This document shows positions 18,547-28,031 of a stretch of 64,000 nucleotides of DNA, in pieces. This DNA is from a virus: IMG/VR virus record IMGVR_UViG_3300032282_004151, positions 1 to 64,000 of that record. The stretch is one strand, 5' to 3'. A program made the position numbers and the translations under genes. Numbering within the stretch: position 1 is the first letter of the stretch; every line of letters starts with the position of its first letter. The notes below the pieces were generated by a model, which saw only the letters and a list, made by a program, of their open reading frames with translations, searched no databases and was not told where the DNA came from.

Positions 18547-18870
18547 ATGAGCAACAACACGACATATTCGGATAACTTCGTTGGCTTTGTTGCCAATGAC
18601 ATTGATGGCAATGATTTCATTGGCTTCTGCCGCGCCATGCTGCGCGGTACAGGCTTGGTTGTGCGTCCTTATGCACGCAATAGGAACCGCAAGCAGTTTT
18701 ACAAGAATGTCAAGACCAGTGCATTTTCCAAGCACAAGTATGCCTGTAATCTGCCGCTGAAGTATGCCACGCATTATGCCCTTTACATCCACAAGAGCAA
18801 GAACTTCAATGGGGACTATCTGTCCAAGCTTGAGCTTGCCAAGAGGGCTATCAGCAACATCGCTGTCTGA
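18547..18870 (+). CDS. hypothetical protein
   Basis: 107-aa basic ORF. Confidence 0.6.
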   Translation: MSNNTTYSDNFVGFVANDIDGNDFIGFCRAMLRGTGLVVRPYARNRNRKQFYKNVKTSAFSKHKYACNLPLKYATHYALYIHKSKNFNGDYLSKLELAKRAISNIAV

Positions 18871-18916
18871 TTTTGGTCCTTGACTTTTTATATCTTGGTG
18901 TCATGATGGTGGCACG

Positions 18917-19636
18917 ATGAACGAACAACTGCTCAACAAGCTCAAGAAGCTGCTGAACCTCTCAAAGTCTGCCAACGAGCATGAGGCTGATCTCGCCCTT
19001 CAGAAGGCGACGGCCCTTGCCACGGAGGCGGGTATTGACCTTGCCATTGTGCAGGCTCGTGGTGAGACGGAGGCGGAGAAGTTGGAGATGGTCGAGGAGA
19101 CTGCCTTTTCTGGCAAACGCCTTCCCTCCCTCCAAAAGTATGCCAGTTGGCTGCTCAACAAGCACTTCAATGTGACGGTCATCTATTCGGGTGGCCGTTA
19201 CTTTGGGCGCAGCGTCAACATCCTTGGCGACAAGAAGGACGTTGAGTTTGCCAAGTTCGTCAACGAGTTTGTGCAGGATGACTTTCAGCGCCGTTGGGAT
19301 TACTACAAGAAGACCAACAACCTCTCGGTGCGGATGAAGGCTACCTTCATGTACAACCTTTGGAGGGGCTTGGACACCAAGCTGGCTGACGCCAAGAAGG
19401 CGGCGGAAACTGCCAAGTTCGAGACTCTGCCCGTTGAGCAGCGCAAGGAGACGGAGGTGCGGTATGGGCTCGTGGTGTCGGACAAGAAGGCGGCGGTAAA
19501 GACTTTCGTCAACCAAAAGTATCCTCGCCTGTCAAACACAAAAACCACCATCACGAACTTTTCCAACTCGACAGTCGCCAAGGATGGGTATTCAATTGGG
19601 CAGTCGATCAACATCAGCCGCCCCATCTCGTGCTAA
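18917..19636 (+). CDS. DUF2786-domain protein
   Basis: LNKLKKLLNLSKSANEHEADLALQKA N-terminus. Confidence 0.75.
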   Translation: MNEQLLNKLKKLLNLSKSANEHEADLALQKATALATEAGIDLAIVQARGETEAEKLEMVEETAFSGKRLPSLQKYASWLLNKHFNVTVIYSGGRYFGRSVNILGDKKDVEFAKFVNEFVQDDFQRRWDYYKKTNNLSVRMKATFMYNLWRGLDTKLADAKKAAETAKFETLPVEQRKETEVRYGLVVSDKKAAVKTFVNQKYPRLSNTKTTITNFSNSTVAKDGYSIGQSINISRPISC

Positions 19637-20115
19637 CCTATCGCCAATCCATCCGCCACTACCATCAACTGGGCGCATACAACTGTGGCCCAGTTGCCCT
19701 TTCCTGCCTCTTTGACGCCTCTTTGGAGACCCTTGAGACCCTCGTTGAGTGCCACAAGGACAAGGGAACCTACACCAGCAAGGTGGTTGAGGCAATGAAG
19801 GAGGAGGGGGTAGAGTGCAGCCACGTGAGCCTACAGGGCGACGGCAGCAACCATCTGTGGTGGCTTGAGCTTAACTCCTACCGCTTCCCCATCTACCTTG
19901 GTTGCCACTTCGTGGTGCAGGGCAAGAGGGGTCGCCCTAGCCATCGCCATCACGCTGTGCTGCTCGCCAATGGAATGATCTATGACGGCAACAGTCATCG
20001 CGAGGAGCCCATTGCCGCCATTGCTGAGAAGTTCAACAAGCAATTTGTGATCAAGGATGCAATCATCTTTCATCACGAACTGAAGAATTGGAAAGCTAAT
20101 TTGGAAGCCGCGTAG
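19630..20115 (+). CDS. C39-like (papain-fold) peptidase
   Basis: Q...NCGPVAL nucleophile, HHAVL His, YDG; GTG start. Confidence 0.55.
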   Translation: MLTYRQSIRHYHQLGAYNCGPVALSCLFDASLETLETLVECHKDKGTYTSKVVEAMKEEGVECSHVSLQGDGSNHLWWLELNSYRFPIYLGCHFVVQGKRGRPSHRHHAVLLANGMIYDGNSHREEPIAAIAEKFNKQFVIKDAIIFHHELKNWKANLEAA

Positions 20116-20425
20116 AAAAATCAAAAATTATTTAAAAATTTATTGACTTCATTGGGGGAAAGAATATTTATGAATGATTCCTTTCCTCCAATGAAACTTC
20201 TCTCTTTTAACGGCAAAGTTTTCAAGGTAAATCACCCAAATCTTCCTGTCCCACTTCCGACGCAACCATTGTTGCCACCGAAGTTGATCACAGAGAAAAA
20301 GGTGAAAAAGCCTTGACTTTATTTTACAAAAAATGTCGAGTCCCATATATTTCTAGTTGACTTTCATAAAAAGTCGGGTAGGATGTACGGGTAATCAACC
20401 AGAAAACCTCTAACTAAAAAATAAA

Positions 20426-20893
20426 ATGGGTTTGGATATGTATCTCACCGCCGAGCGGCTTGTCTCTGGCTACGACTACAACAAGGACGAGAACTTTGAT
20501 AAGCTTCTTGAACTTATGAACCTTAGCAAGGACGACGTTGGAGAGAGTGCCAGCGTAAGCCTTGAGGTTGGCTACTGGCGCAAGGCAAACGCCATTCACT
20601 CTTGGTTCGTCCAAAATGTGCAGGATGGCGTGGACCAGTGCCAACGCTCGTATGTGACGAGGGAGCAGCTTGAGGAACTGCGTGACGAGTGCGTGGCTGC
20701 TTTGGCCGCGTACAATGCTGGCGAAAAGATCGAGGCAGAGAACGTCCTTGCGCCCACAACCGGCTTCTTCTTTGGTTCTACGGAGATTGATGATTGGTAC
20801 AAGAAGGACTTGGAAAAAACCATCAAGATCGTGGAGAAGTGCTTGAGTGACAAGTTCAAGGCTTATTCCTTTTTCTACCAAGCAAGCTGGTAA
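20426..20893 (+). CDS. conserved phage hypothetical protein
   Basis: MGLDMYL...YWRKANAIHSWFV...GFFFGSTE...YQASW. Confidence 0.8.
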   Translation: MGLDMYLTAERLVSGYDYNKDENFDKLLELMNLSKDDVGESASVSLEVGYWRKANAIHSWFVQNVQDGVDQCQRSYVTREQLEELRDECVAALAAYNAGEKIEAENVLAPTTGFFFGSTEIDDWYKKDLEKTIKIVEKCLSDKFKAYSFFYQASW

Positions 20894-20932
20894 GGCTTGA
20901 CTTTTCATTTTCATCGAGTATCATTCCTCATT

Positions 20933-21088
20933 ATGAATGAAGCAAATGAAAATGGAGTTTTGTCTAGCATCCTTGAAGGTATTCTAAGTGTCACAGTTGG
21001 AATAATCAAGGTGCTGTTTATCTTGGTTGTTGGCGTTTTGTTCTTGGCACTTGGTGGTTGGATACTTGCCATGTTCAAGAATGATTAA
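20933..21088 (+). CDS. small membrane protein
   Basis: own promoter, hydrophobic. Confidence 0.5.
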   Translation: MNEANENGVLSSILEGILSVTVGIIKVLFILVVGVLFLALGGWILAMFKND

Positions 21089-21133
21089 AATAAGTCTGGA
21101 CTTTCCATTATTATCTGCTAGAGTATTAGGACT

Positions 21134-21436
21134 ATGAACGCTACGAAAATTGAGCCGTCCATCTGCCATTACATCACCGCCAACACGCTTCACGAGATGA
21201 GCAAGCCTGCTGCCGAGGCCATCGACGCCCTATTCAATTCTGATCTGGATGTGTCCTTTGGCGATGCCAACCGCACGCTGATCGACATTCCTCACTTCAT
21301 TCAGATGCTTGAGGATGCCTTGGATCAGCAGGGCATCTTCTACGATGAAAATGACATCATTCACGGTGGGTTCATTGAAATCAAGGATGCGCTTGACGAA
21401 GTTGATCGTAACGTCTACATTGATCTGGAGAATTGA
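21134..21436 (+). CDS. early hypothetical protein
   Basis: own promoter. Confidence 0.65.
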   Translation: MNATKIEPSICHYITANTLHEMSKPAAEAIDALFNSDLDVSFGDANRTLIDIPHFIQMLEDALDQQGIFYDENDIIHGGFIEIKDALDEVDRNVYIDLEN

Positions 21437-21456
21437 TTAATATTTATTGACATTAC

Positions 21457-21535
21457 GCTCTTGTATTGGCTCTGTCTTCTAAACAGATCGCGCATAACTG
21501 GATTAATGTGGGTTCGAGTCCCACCAAGAGCGCCA
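21457..21535 (+). ncRNA. non-canonical tRNA-Arg(TCT)-like RNA (no D arm at normal position; D-like arm after the anticodon arm)
   Basis: GCTCTTG/CAAGAGC-G-CCA acceptor; TCTGT-CTTCTAA-ACAGA; GTGGG-TTCGAGT-CCCAC. Confidence 0.7.
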
Positions 21536-21579
21536 CTTTCTTCTTGATTTTTTAAAAAAAGTCTCCATACTATACCACA

Positions 21580-21759
21580 ATGAAACTCAAAGACTACATC
21601 AAGGAATTGCAAACTCTCGCCAAGAATTCTCGGCCTGACATTGAGGTTGCTTATGCTGCCGATGATGAAGGCAATCGTTTTGATTATGTGCGCTTTCGCC
21701 CAGCCGTCAATACTGTTGAGATCGACGGTGAAGAAGTTGAGGTTGTGACGGTCAATTAA
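21580..21759 (+). CDS. small early hypothetical protein
   Basis: DDEGN motif; own promoter. Confidence 0.6.
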   Translation: MKLKDYIKELQTLAKNSRPDIEVAYAADDEGNRFDYVRFRPAVNTVEIDGEEVEVVTVN

Positions 21760-21925
21760 AAAATGAAAAAATACGGCTATGTTCTTGTTGATGGAAACAA
21801 GATTTCCGTCAAGAAAATCAAGTTCATTGACATTGAAGAAGATAGATTTGGCGTTGATCTTATGACCTTTGAATACAAAGGTAGGGTTCTTAAGTCATAC
21901 ATTTTTGCTGGATAATAATTTCAAT

Positions 21926-22001
21926 GGGCGGTTAGCTTAATGGTTAAAGCAGAGAACTCATAATTCTTTGAGTGGGGGTTCGAATCCCTCACCGCCCACC
22001 A
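21926..22001 (+). tRNA. tRNA(CAT), Ile2 or Met
   Basis: full cloverleaf, GAGAA-CTCATAA-TTCTT, CCA. Confidence 0.9.
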
Positions 22002-22225
22002 ATTTTTAAACTATGAAAGACAAAACCATCAAGTTCATCAAGTACGATCTCCCGTGTATTTTTGCGGCGCTGATCATTCCCATTGGCATTTACAACGGCG
22101 TTGTGGGCATTTACAGCAACAATGTATGGCAGTCTTCAACTGGCTTGTTCCAACTTCTTTTTGCTGCCGAGGTTTTTCGAACCAAGCCTTGACATTTAAA
22201 AAAAGTCTGTTAGAGTATCCTAACA

Positions 22226-22444
22226 ATGAGAACTGGATTTGTCATCGAGTTTAATGTTCGGGGGCAAGATGGGCGGATCTATCCGTCGTCTGTGATATCT
22301 TCCAAGCAATTTGGAGAGGCTGAGTTCAATGATCTAACAGGCAACAATTGCCCTCATGTTTCTGTTGACAATGATATCGAAGGTCACAATTATGAATACG
22401 ATGTGCCTGTGAAGTATGATAGGTGCTTCGTTGTATTGCCTTGA
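22226..22444 (+). CDS. early hypothetical protein
   Basis: own promoter. Confidence 0.55.
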   Translation: MRTGFVIEFNVRGQDGRIYPSSVISSKQFGEAEFNDLTGNNCPHVSVDNDIEGHNYEYDVPVKYDRCFVVLP

Positions 22445-22488
22445 CTTTAGATAAAAAGTAGTCATTCTAGTTCTTGTTCTTTTAGAAT

Positions 22489-22563
22489 GGGTTCGTAGCT
22501 TAACGGTGAAGCAGCATCCTTTTAAGTTGTTGATTGTGGGTTCGAATCCCACCGAACCCACCA
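22489..22563 (+). tRNA. tRNA-Lys(TTT)
   Basis: cloverleaf, loop CTTTTAA, CCA. Confidence 0.9.
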
Positions 22564-22565
22564 AT

Positions 22566-22994
22566 TTATTCCACTCGCAAAGATTGGCCTTTGTAGGGTG
22601 ACTCTGGAAGGTCGGAGTGAAGCCCATCGTGGATTTCACAATGACAATTCTTGCAGACAAGAATGACCTTCTTAAGTTCAGTTTCCAATCTGGAAATGTG
22701 GCCCTCGTTAAGTATCTTTGCTATCAAATGTTCTTTGTCATCTTTATCTTTATGATGAAAATCTAAAGCGGACAATGATTTGTTGTAATCACACAGGCAG
22801 CATTTCCCTCCGAAAATGATGGATTTCACTTTGTGTTTTATTTCCCCACGACGTTTTCTTTTGTTAGCCAGAATGCTTTGTTTTGATTTTTCCGATGTGT
22901 GCCAATAGACTGTTCCAATAGAGCAATCCATAATTTCGGATATTTCTTTTGCCGATTTTCCTTGGTCGTGTAATTTAAGTATGTTTTCTTTCAT
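22566..22994 (-). CDS. HNH endonuclease with N-terminal HTH
   Basis: GKSAKEISE..CSIGTVY; C-x2-C...LDFHH...C-x2-CH..IH; TATTTAT 5 nt before ATG. Confidence 0.85.
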   Translation of the reverse strand: MKENILKLHDQGKSAKEISEIMDCSIGTVYWHTSEKSKQSILANKRKRRGEIKHKVKSIIFGGKCCLCDYNKSLSALDFHHKDKDDKEHLIAKILNEGHISRLETELKKVILVCKNCHCEIHDGLHSDLPESPYKGQSLRVE

Positions 22995-23093
22995 ACAGAT
23001 AAATATCGTCATTAAGTCTAAAACAGCGACTTAAATGCTATTTTGTTTGACAAATGATAGAAACTTTCCATACTTATTGTTGTTCTTTTCAAT

Positions 23094-23169
23094 GCCTTCT
23101 TAGCTCAATTGGCAGAGCACCTCATTTGTAATGAGGATGTTGTCGGTTCAAGTCCGACAGAAGGCTCCA
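23094..23169 (+). tRNA. tRNA-Thr(TGT)
   Basis: cloverleaf, CCTCA-TTTGTAA-TGAGG, CCA. Confidence 0.93.
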
Positions 23170-23174
23170 TTTTT

Positions 23175-23249
23175 GCCCTCATCGTATAACGGTTAGTACA
23201 CCGCCCTTTCACGGCGTAGATCGGAGTTCGATTCTCCGTGGGGGTACCA
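23175..23249 (+). tRNA. tRNA-Glu(TTC)
   Basis: cloverleaf, loop CTTTCAC, CCA. Confidence 0.92.
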
Positions 23250-23254
23250 ATTTC

Positions 23255-23327
23255 GCAATGAACCCAAAGATGATGGAGGGGATGGCCTCGTGCCATAATA
23301 GCGCGTGAAAGCTCGCGCCTTGCACTA
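23255..23327 (+). ncRNA. degenerate tRNA-like element
   Basis: tRNA-sized, third in the run; ATGGC-ctcgt-GCCAT and GCGCG-tgaaagct-CGCGC hairpins. Confidence 0.35.
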
Positions 23328-23366
23328 TTTCCTTGACTTTCTGATAAAAAAAGTCATACTCGTTTT

Positions 23367-23424
23367 TGTTGGTTGAGATAGAATAGTCTATTAAAGATGG
23401 TTCAATGCCATTGCTTGACCAACA
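23367..23424 (+). ncRNA. small three-way-junction RNA with T-loop
   Basis: own promoter (23333); TGTTGGTTGAG/CTTGACCAACA closing stem; ATGG-TTCAATG-CCAT. Confidence 0.4.
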
Positions 23425-23452
23425 GTTATATTTTTAGTTCAATCTTATTTAC

Positions 23453-23662
23453 ATGAACACACCAACTCTAAATGAAATTGCTGGTTACAAAGAGCCAACT
23501 CATTTGATATCTACTATGAATGATCTTGAAGAAAAAAATGCAGAACTTCGCAAGGAGTTTCTTCGGTTTGTTGAACATTTCAAATGCTTTGAAAAAACAT
23601 CATCTGATCCTTCTGACGCTGTTGCGTTCAAACGAGCCAGAGAAATTTTGAATAATTCTTGA
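23453..23662 (+). CDS. hypothetical protein
   Basis: 69-aa ORF. Confidence 0.5.
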   Translation: MNTPTLNEIAGYKEPTHLISTMNDLEEKNAELRKEFLRFVEHFKCFEKTSSDPSDAVAFKRAREILNNS

Positions 23663-23695
23663 CTTTTTATAAATAGGTGTTAGGCTATTATCATA

Positions 23696-23980
23696 ATGAA
23701 AATCAAACTCCAAGAAGCCCTTGACCTTATTCATGCTGCTGATGTGGTCAAGCTCAATGGATACATCACTCCTAGCATTTCCATTGAAGAGATCAATGGC
23801 GATTCTAATAACGAGGTGATGTACGTCAATTGGGAAGATGACGGCCTTCAGTTTAACTTGTGGGTCATTGAAGAGAACAACGTTGAGGTTGAGCGTGATG
23901 GTCACAAGCTGACTCTCATTGACGACGAAGGCGATCCTTTTGAGCTTCATCTTTTTCGCCAAGTGCCTATCTTGGCTTGA
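23696..23980 (+). CDS. early hypothetical protein
   Basis: own promoter. Confidence 0.65.
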   Translation: MKIKLQEALDLIHAADVVKLNGYITPSISIEEINGDSNNEVMYVNWEDDGLQFNLWVIEENNVEVERDGHKLTLIDDEGDPFELHLFRQVPILA

Positions 23981-24013
23981 CTTTTTTTAATTAACCACCA
24001 TACTATCACGACT

Positions 24014-24421
24014 ATGGCCAACTACTACGAAAATGCTCGCACCAATTATTTCCGAGTCAAGGATGATGAAAAGTTCAAGGAGTTCATCAGTTCGTTTGAC
24101 GGTTTGACAACTTATGAGGACGATGAGAACCGCCATACTATCCTCTTTGATTATGAGTCTGGTGTTCCCTTCAGCAAGTACAATGATGAGACCCAAGACT
24201 ATGACGATGTTGATTTCTTGGGTGAACTGTCAAACCATCTTGCTGACAACAGCGTTGCTGTTCTGATTGGTGCTGGTGCTGAAAAGCTGCGCTACATCAA
24301 TGGCTATGCTGAAGCCATTGACAATACTGGTGAGCGCGTGAGCATCAACCTCAATGCCATTTACAACCGTGCATTGGAAAAGTTTGGCAGCGAAAAAGAA
24401 ATTACGATGGCAGAGTACTGA
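24014..24421 (+). CDS. conserved phage hypothetical protein
   Basis: MANYYENARTNYFRVKD...GAEKLRY. Confidence 0.7.
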   Translation: MANYYENARTNYFRVKDDEKFKEFISSFDGLTTYEDDENRHTILFDYESGVPFSKYNDETQDYDDVDFLGELSNHLADNSVAVLIGAGAEKLRYINGYAEAIDNTGERVSINLNAIYNRALEKFGSEKEITMAEY

Positions 24422-24462
24422 GAGCTTGACTTATTTTAATTTTTAGGTACTGTACCACCATC

Positions 24463-24678
24463 ATGAAACAAGAATTCCGCAACCTCCTCATCAACCTGCT
24501 TGACTCTCCTGACGGCATCCCCGAGCATACCTATCGGCAGTTGGTAACATTTACTGACAAGCATTTTTCAAACAGCTGTGAGGATGTTTGGAGCGCCACC
24601 GAAGGTGGTGAAGGAAGCAATGGCTATTGCATCTTTCTTGACGAGGATGTTGCCAACAAGCTTCGCACCAACTCTTGA
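24463..24678 (+). CDS. early hypothetical protein
   Basis: own promoter. Confidence 0.6.
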   Translation: MKQEFRNLLINLLDSPDGIPEHTYRQLVTFTDKHFSNSCEDVWSATEGGEGSNGYCIFLDEDVANKLRTNS

Positions 24679-24753
24679 CACTTAACACATAGGCGCGATA
24701 ATTGACAGCCTATCAACGTGGGGCCAACCAAGCACAACTCCACTTATTTTTTT

Positions 24754-24841
24754 GGCCGTATGGTGGAACTGGCGATACACTTTGGACTTAAAATCCAACG
24801 CCCGTAAGGGATTGAGGGTTCGAATCCCTCTGCGGCTACCA
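24754..24841 (+). tRNA. tRNA-Leu(TAA)
   Basis: cloverleaf with long variable arm, TTGGA-CTTAAAA-TCCAA, CCA. Confidence 0.93.
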
Positions 24842-24888
24842 AGATATTCTTGACATTTCTATAAAAAGTATCCATTATCCTACACGTA

Positions 24889-25194
24889 ATGAGCACTATT
24901 ACATTCGCTACCATCAACACAGCTATCATCACCGGTGATCTTGACGAGTCTCTTGACTTCATCAAGCACGCCATCAAGACCCGCGAGGAAATGCTGCAAG
25001 GTCAACTCAAGCGTTCCTTGAGCATCGGTGACAAGGTGAAGTTCAATGACCAAACCACGCCCATCTATATGCGCGGTATGGTCGCCACCATCATCAAGAT
25101 CAATCGTGAGCGGGTTGTGGTCAATATGGACAATCCCACTGGCCGATTCCGCAACAACGTAACCGTGCCGTTCTCCCTCTTGGAGAAGGTTTAA
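24889..25194 (+). CDS. early protein with SH3/KOW-like C-terminus
   Basis: LSIGDKVKF...IIKINRERVVV. Confidence 0.65.
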   Translation: MSTITFATINTAIITGDLDESLDFIKHAIKTREEMLQGQLKRSLSIGDKVKFNDQTTPIYMRGMVATIIKINRERVVVNMDNPTGRFRNNVTVPFSLLEKV

Positions 25195-25268
25195 AATAGG
25201 CGGGTGGGTCGCGCATACCGTAAAACACGCGAATTTTCTTGCCTTTCTATAAATTTTAGGTCTTACTC

Positions 25269-25487
25269 ATGCACATGAAGCTTACCAAAACCCATCCACT
25301 GTTTATGCAGTTTCTTTCATTGTCATATGCATTAAGTCCAGAAAATTTAACCTGCGATGGCGAGTGCAGTCGTGCAGAAGTAAATTCTCGCTACAACAAG
25401 ATTGCAAAACAGTGGGCCGAACTTGAAAAAAAGTTTGGCGGTCGCGTATCAGAAAACGATGTTTGGGATGCTGAATTCAGCAAATAA
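25269..25487 (+). CDS. conserved phage hypothetical protein
   Basis: LSPENLTCDGE motif. Confidence 0.7.
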   Translation: MHMKLTKTHPLFMQFLSLSYALSPENLTCDGECSRAEVNSRYNKIAKQWAELEKKFGGRVSENDVWDAEFSK

Positions 25488-25492
25488 AAAAT

Positions 25493-26092
25493 ATGCCACG
25501 TAAAGCCCAACCTCGTATTGTTCGACCATCTGGCATTGAGCAAAGTGCCAATGGCAGCTACTATTATTGGAAGTGCAATGTATCTGGCAAGGAAACATTT
25601 GCGCCGGAAGCTCGCTTCAATGATGTAGTCAAGAATTATGGTGGCGAAGAAAAGCTGTTCAATGAGTATGTGCTGCGATCTGTGCAAAAGTATGTGTCTG
25701 AAGGATTTGATGCAGAAACCATCAAGAGCATCATGGATGCAAATGATGGCACTTTGCCAAACCTAGACAAGAAGCCCATCAAGGAAAAGAAAGATAAGCG
25801 GCGCACAATCAATGCTTTGTCAGTTGGCGAGATTGAAGTTGCAAGCGAACCCAAGGTGCAGATTTTTCCTTGGAGCGGCAACCCAGACTATTTTAGGTCG
25901 CCCCCTTCAGTTTTTAGCGTGGAAGATGAAAGCAGAAATGCTTGCATCTACCCCAACAGAAATCTTGATGATCAATGTCTTGGATGCTCAATTTATGATC
26001 GCTGCCATTCATCTGCCAAGTTCAGCAAAGATGACATGAACAAGCCCAAGCATCAGATCAAAATCAAGAAGGTAAACTCGTTTTCAGTTTGA
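25493..26092 (+). CDS. Cys-containing hypothetical protein
   Basis: 199-aa ORF. Confidence 0.65.
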   Translation: MPRKAQPRIVRPSGIEQSANGSYYYWKCNVSGKETFAPEARFNDVVKNYGGEEKLFNEYVLRSVQKYVSEGFDAETIKSIMDANDGTLPNLDKKPIKEKKDKRRTINALSVGEIEVASEPKVQIFPWSGNPDYFRSPPSVFSVEDESRNACIYPNRNLDDQCLGCSIYDRCHSSAKFSKDDMNKPKHQIKIKKVNSFSV

Positions 26093-26124
26093 CATTCTAA
26101 AAAAAGTAGTCAGTCTAGTTAAAG

Positions 26125-26631
26125 ATGAACACCGAAGTGAATGCCAAGGCATTGCTTGCTTTGCTCAACCGAAGGGAACTTCCTGAGTTCAAGACCCTAC
26201 CACAAGTCTGTGAGGTTGTCACAGATTTCCTTGTAAAGAAATATGAATTGAATGCACCAAGTGACATCAATCATGGCTATTGCTTCATTTGGGCATATCT
26301 TGTTTGGGCGCTTTGGAAGAAGCCATTGAAGTTTGTCAGCAGCGATGGTCACATCGTAATTGAGCATAATGGACTGTTTTACGACAGCATCAGTCACGAA
26401 GGCTGTGATGATCTGGAACTTATGGAAGTTAATTTGGATGAGGCTGCGGACCTTGGTATCAAGGGAATGGCGTGGTATTGGGCTCGCTGCGGCACATACA
26501 AGGTTGAGTTTCGTAAGATCTTGCGTGCCACTCACATGAAGCTTTACAAGGCGATATCCAAGGGTGGGCTGAACGCACATGACTCTGAAACGCTGTTCAT
26601 CGACGACGTTCCTTTTCCCTCATACGTCTGA
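26125..26631 (+). CDS. early hypothetical protein
   Basis: INHGYC...H...YD possible Cys-His-Asp fold; own promoter. Confidence 0.6.
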   Translation: MNTEVNAKALLALLNRRELPEFKTLPQVCEVVTDFLVKKYELNAPSDINHGYCFIWAYLVWALWKKPLKFVSSDGHIVIEHNGLFYDSISHEGCDDLELMEVNLDEAADLGIKGMAWYWARCGTYKVEFRKILRATHMKLYKAISKGGLNAHDSETLFIDDVPFPSYV

Positions 26632-26698
26632 GTTTTTTTATCTTTTTCCTTGATTTTTTTAAATGGTCTGCTACAGTATTCCCATACTGATCACCACC

Positions 26699-27043
26699 AT
26701 GAAGAACAACAAGAAGAACACCGTCGCCTTCGTCAAGCAGATGCTCGCCACCAACAAGGTCTGGGCTCTCAAGGCTCTGGTCCGCATCTATCAGGAGAAC
26801 CAAACCCCCGACGAGCAGGCTGCGAAGCTGACCAGCCACGACAACGGCATCGGCTTCACGGGCGTGGATGCCAATTTCGCCAGCAGTCTGGCAGAGCAGT
26901 ATCTGCGCCGTGGTGATCTGTCTGAGAAGCAGATGAGCTTCGTCTTCAGGATCATGCCCAAGTATGCTGGGCAGGTCATCAAGATGAGCGACTCTGCCAA
27001 GCTGGAGTCTATGGTTTCCGCCGCCCCTGAGACGGTGGTCTGA
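26699..27043 (+). CDS. conserved phage hypothetical protein
   Basis: QTPDEQ...NGIGFTGVDA..SSLAEQ...LSEKQ. Confidence 0.75.
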   Translation: MKNNKKNTVAFVKQMLATNKVWALKALVRIYQENQTPDEQAAKLTSHDNGIGFTGVDANFASSLAEQYLRRGDLSEKQMSFVFRIMPKYAGQVIKMSDSAKLESMVSAAPETVV

Positions 27044-27136
27044 GTTTCCACGGTGGGGAGCGCACACCAACTCACGCTCACTTTTTTTGATTTTTCCCTC
27101 GACTTTCTTTAATTCTTCAGCGATACTATCTGCCTA

Positions 27137-27367
27137 ATGACAACCTACGGAAACATCAGCAACGTGATTGTGTTCGCCACCGACGAGATCTACAACAAGG
27201 CGGTCAAGCTCCTCACGGACAACGGCAATGGCTTTGAGACCAGCGGCTATCCTCTCGCGCTGAACTTCTACGTCAATGACCGCCACTACAGCTTCCCCTA
27301 CGCGATGGCTGACCTTGCCTTCGCTGGCATTGAGGAAGGTGTGGATTTCAAGGTGATCTACCGCTGA
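27137..27367 (+). CDS. early hypothetical protein
   Basis: own promoter. Confidence 0.6.
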   Translation: MTTYGNISNVIVFATDEIYNKAVKLLTDNGNGFETSGYPLALNFYVNDRHYSFPYAMADLAFAGIEEGVDFKVIYR

Positions 27368-27409
27368 AAGCTTGACTTTCTTTATTTTATCCATCAACAT
27401 TCTACCATC

Positions 27410-27613
27410 ATGAACAACACCACTCCCAATTATGCTTATCTCGCTGGCGCTCTGCGCAGTTCGCTTGAGTTTCTCGCCTTTGACCAAACATTCTTCAAGA
27501 TAGAGAGCGTCGAGAAGCGCATGGAGTATCTCAAGAAGATCTCTGAGAGCGCCAATCAAAGCGCCATCAACTACGAGAACGAGTTCAATCAGAGGTTGAA
27601 CAAAGTTTCTTAA
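27410..27613 (+). CDS. early hypothetical protein
   Basis: own promoter. Confidence 0.6.
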   Translation: MNNTTPNYAYLAGALRSSLEFLAFDQTFFKIESVEKRMEYLKKISESANQSAINYENEFNQRLNKVS

Positions 27614-27691
27614 AATAAATCTGGACATCTTAGAATAACCTGCTACAGTACTTTTCGTAAATACAACCAAAACATAAACACAAATACCAAC

Positions 27692-27982
27692 ATGACTGAT
27701 ACTGCTACCGAAACCAAGAAGAATAACCGCGCTCCGTATGGCTTCAAGCTGGAGTTCCCCGAGTCTTTCACTCTGCGTGACCTACGCAAGCAGAAGGCTC
27801 ACAAGGTGAAATACATCACGCTCTACATGCGCGTCAAGAAGGCGCTGGCGAATGGCGAGATCGTGGTGTCTGGTGAGAAGACCCCCAAGAACAAGCGCCG
27901 TGGCGCACGCGAGATCATCTATTCTCGTGCCAATGTCGCCACAGCGGTGGTCAGCACAGAAGCGGCGGCTGCAACCGTCTAA
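27692..27982 (+). CDS. winged-helix-like basic protein
   Basis: FTLRDL...TLYMRVKKALANGEI...RGAREIIY. Confidence 0.55.
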   Translation: MTDTATETKKNNRAPYGFKLEFPESFTLRDLRKQKAHKVKYITLYMRVKKALANGEIVVSGEKTPKNKRRGAREIIYSRANVATAVVSTEAAAATV

Positions 27983-28031
27983 CATACTCGCCCCACCGTC
28001 AATCTGGGCGGTGGGGCTCAACTTTCTTGGA

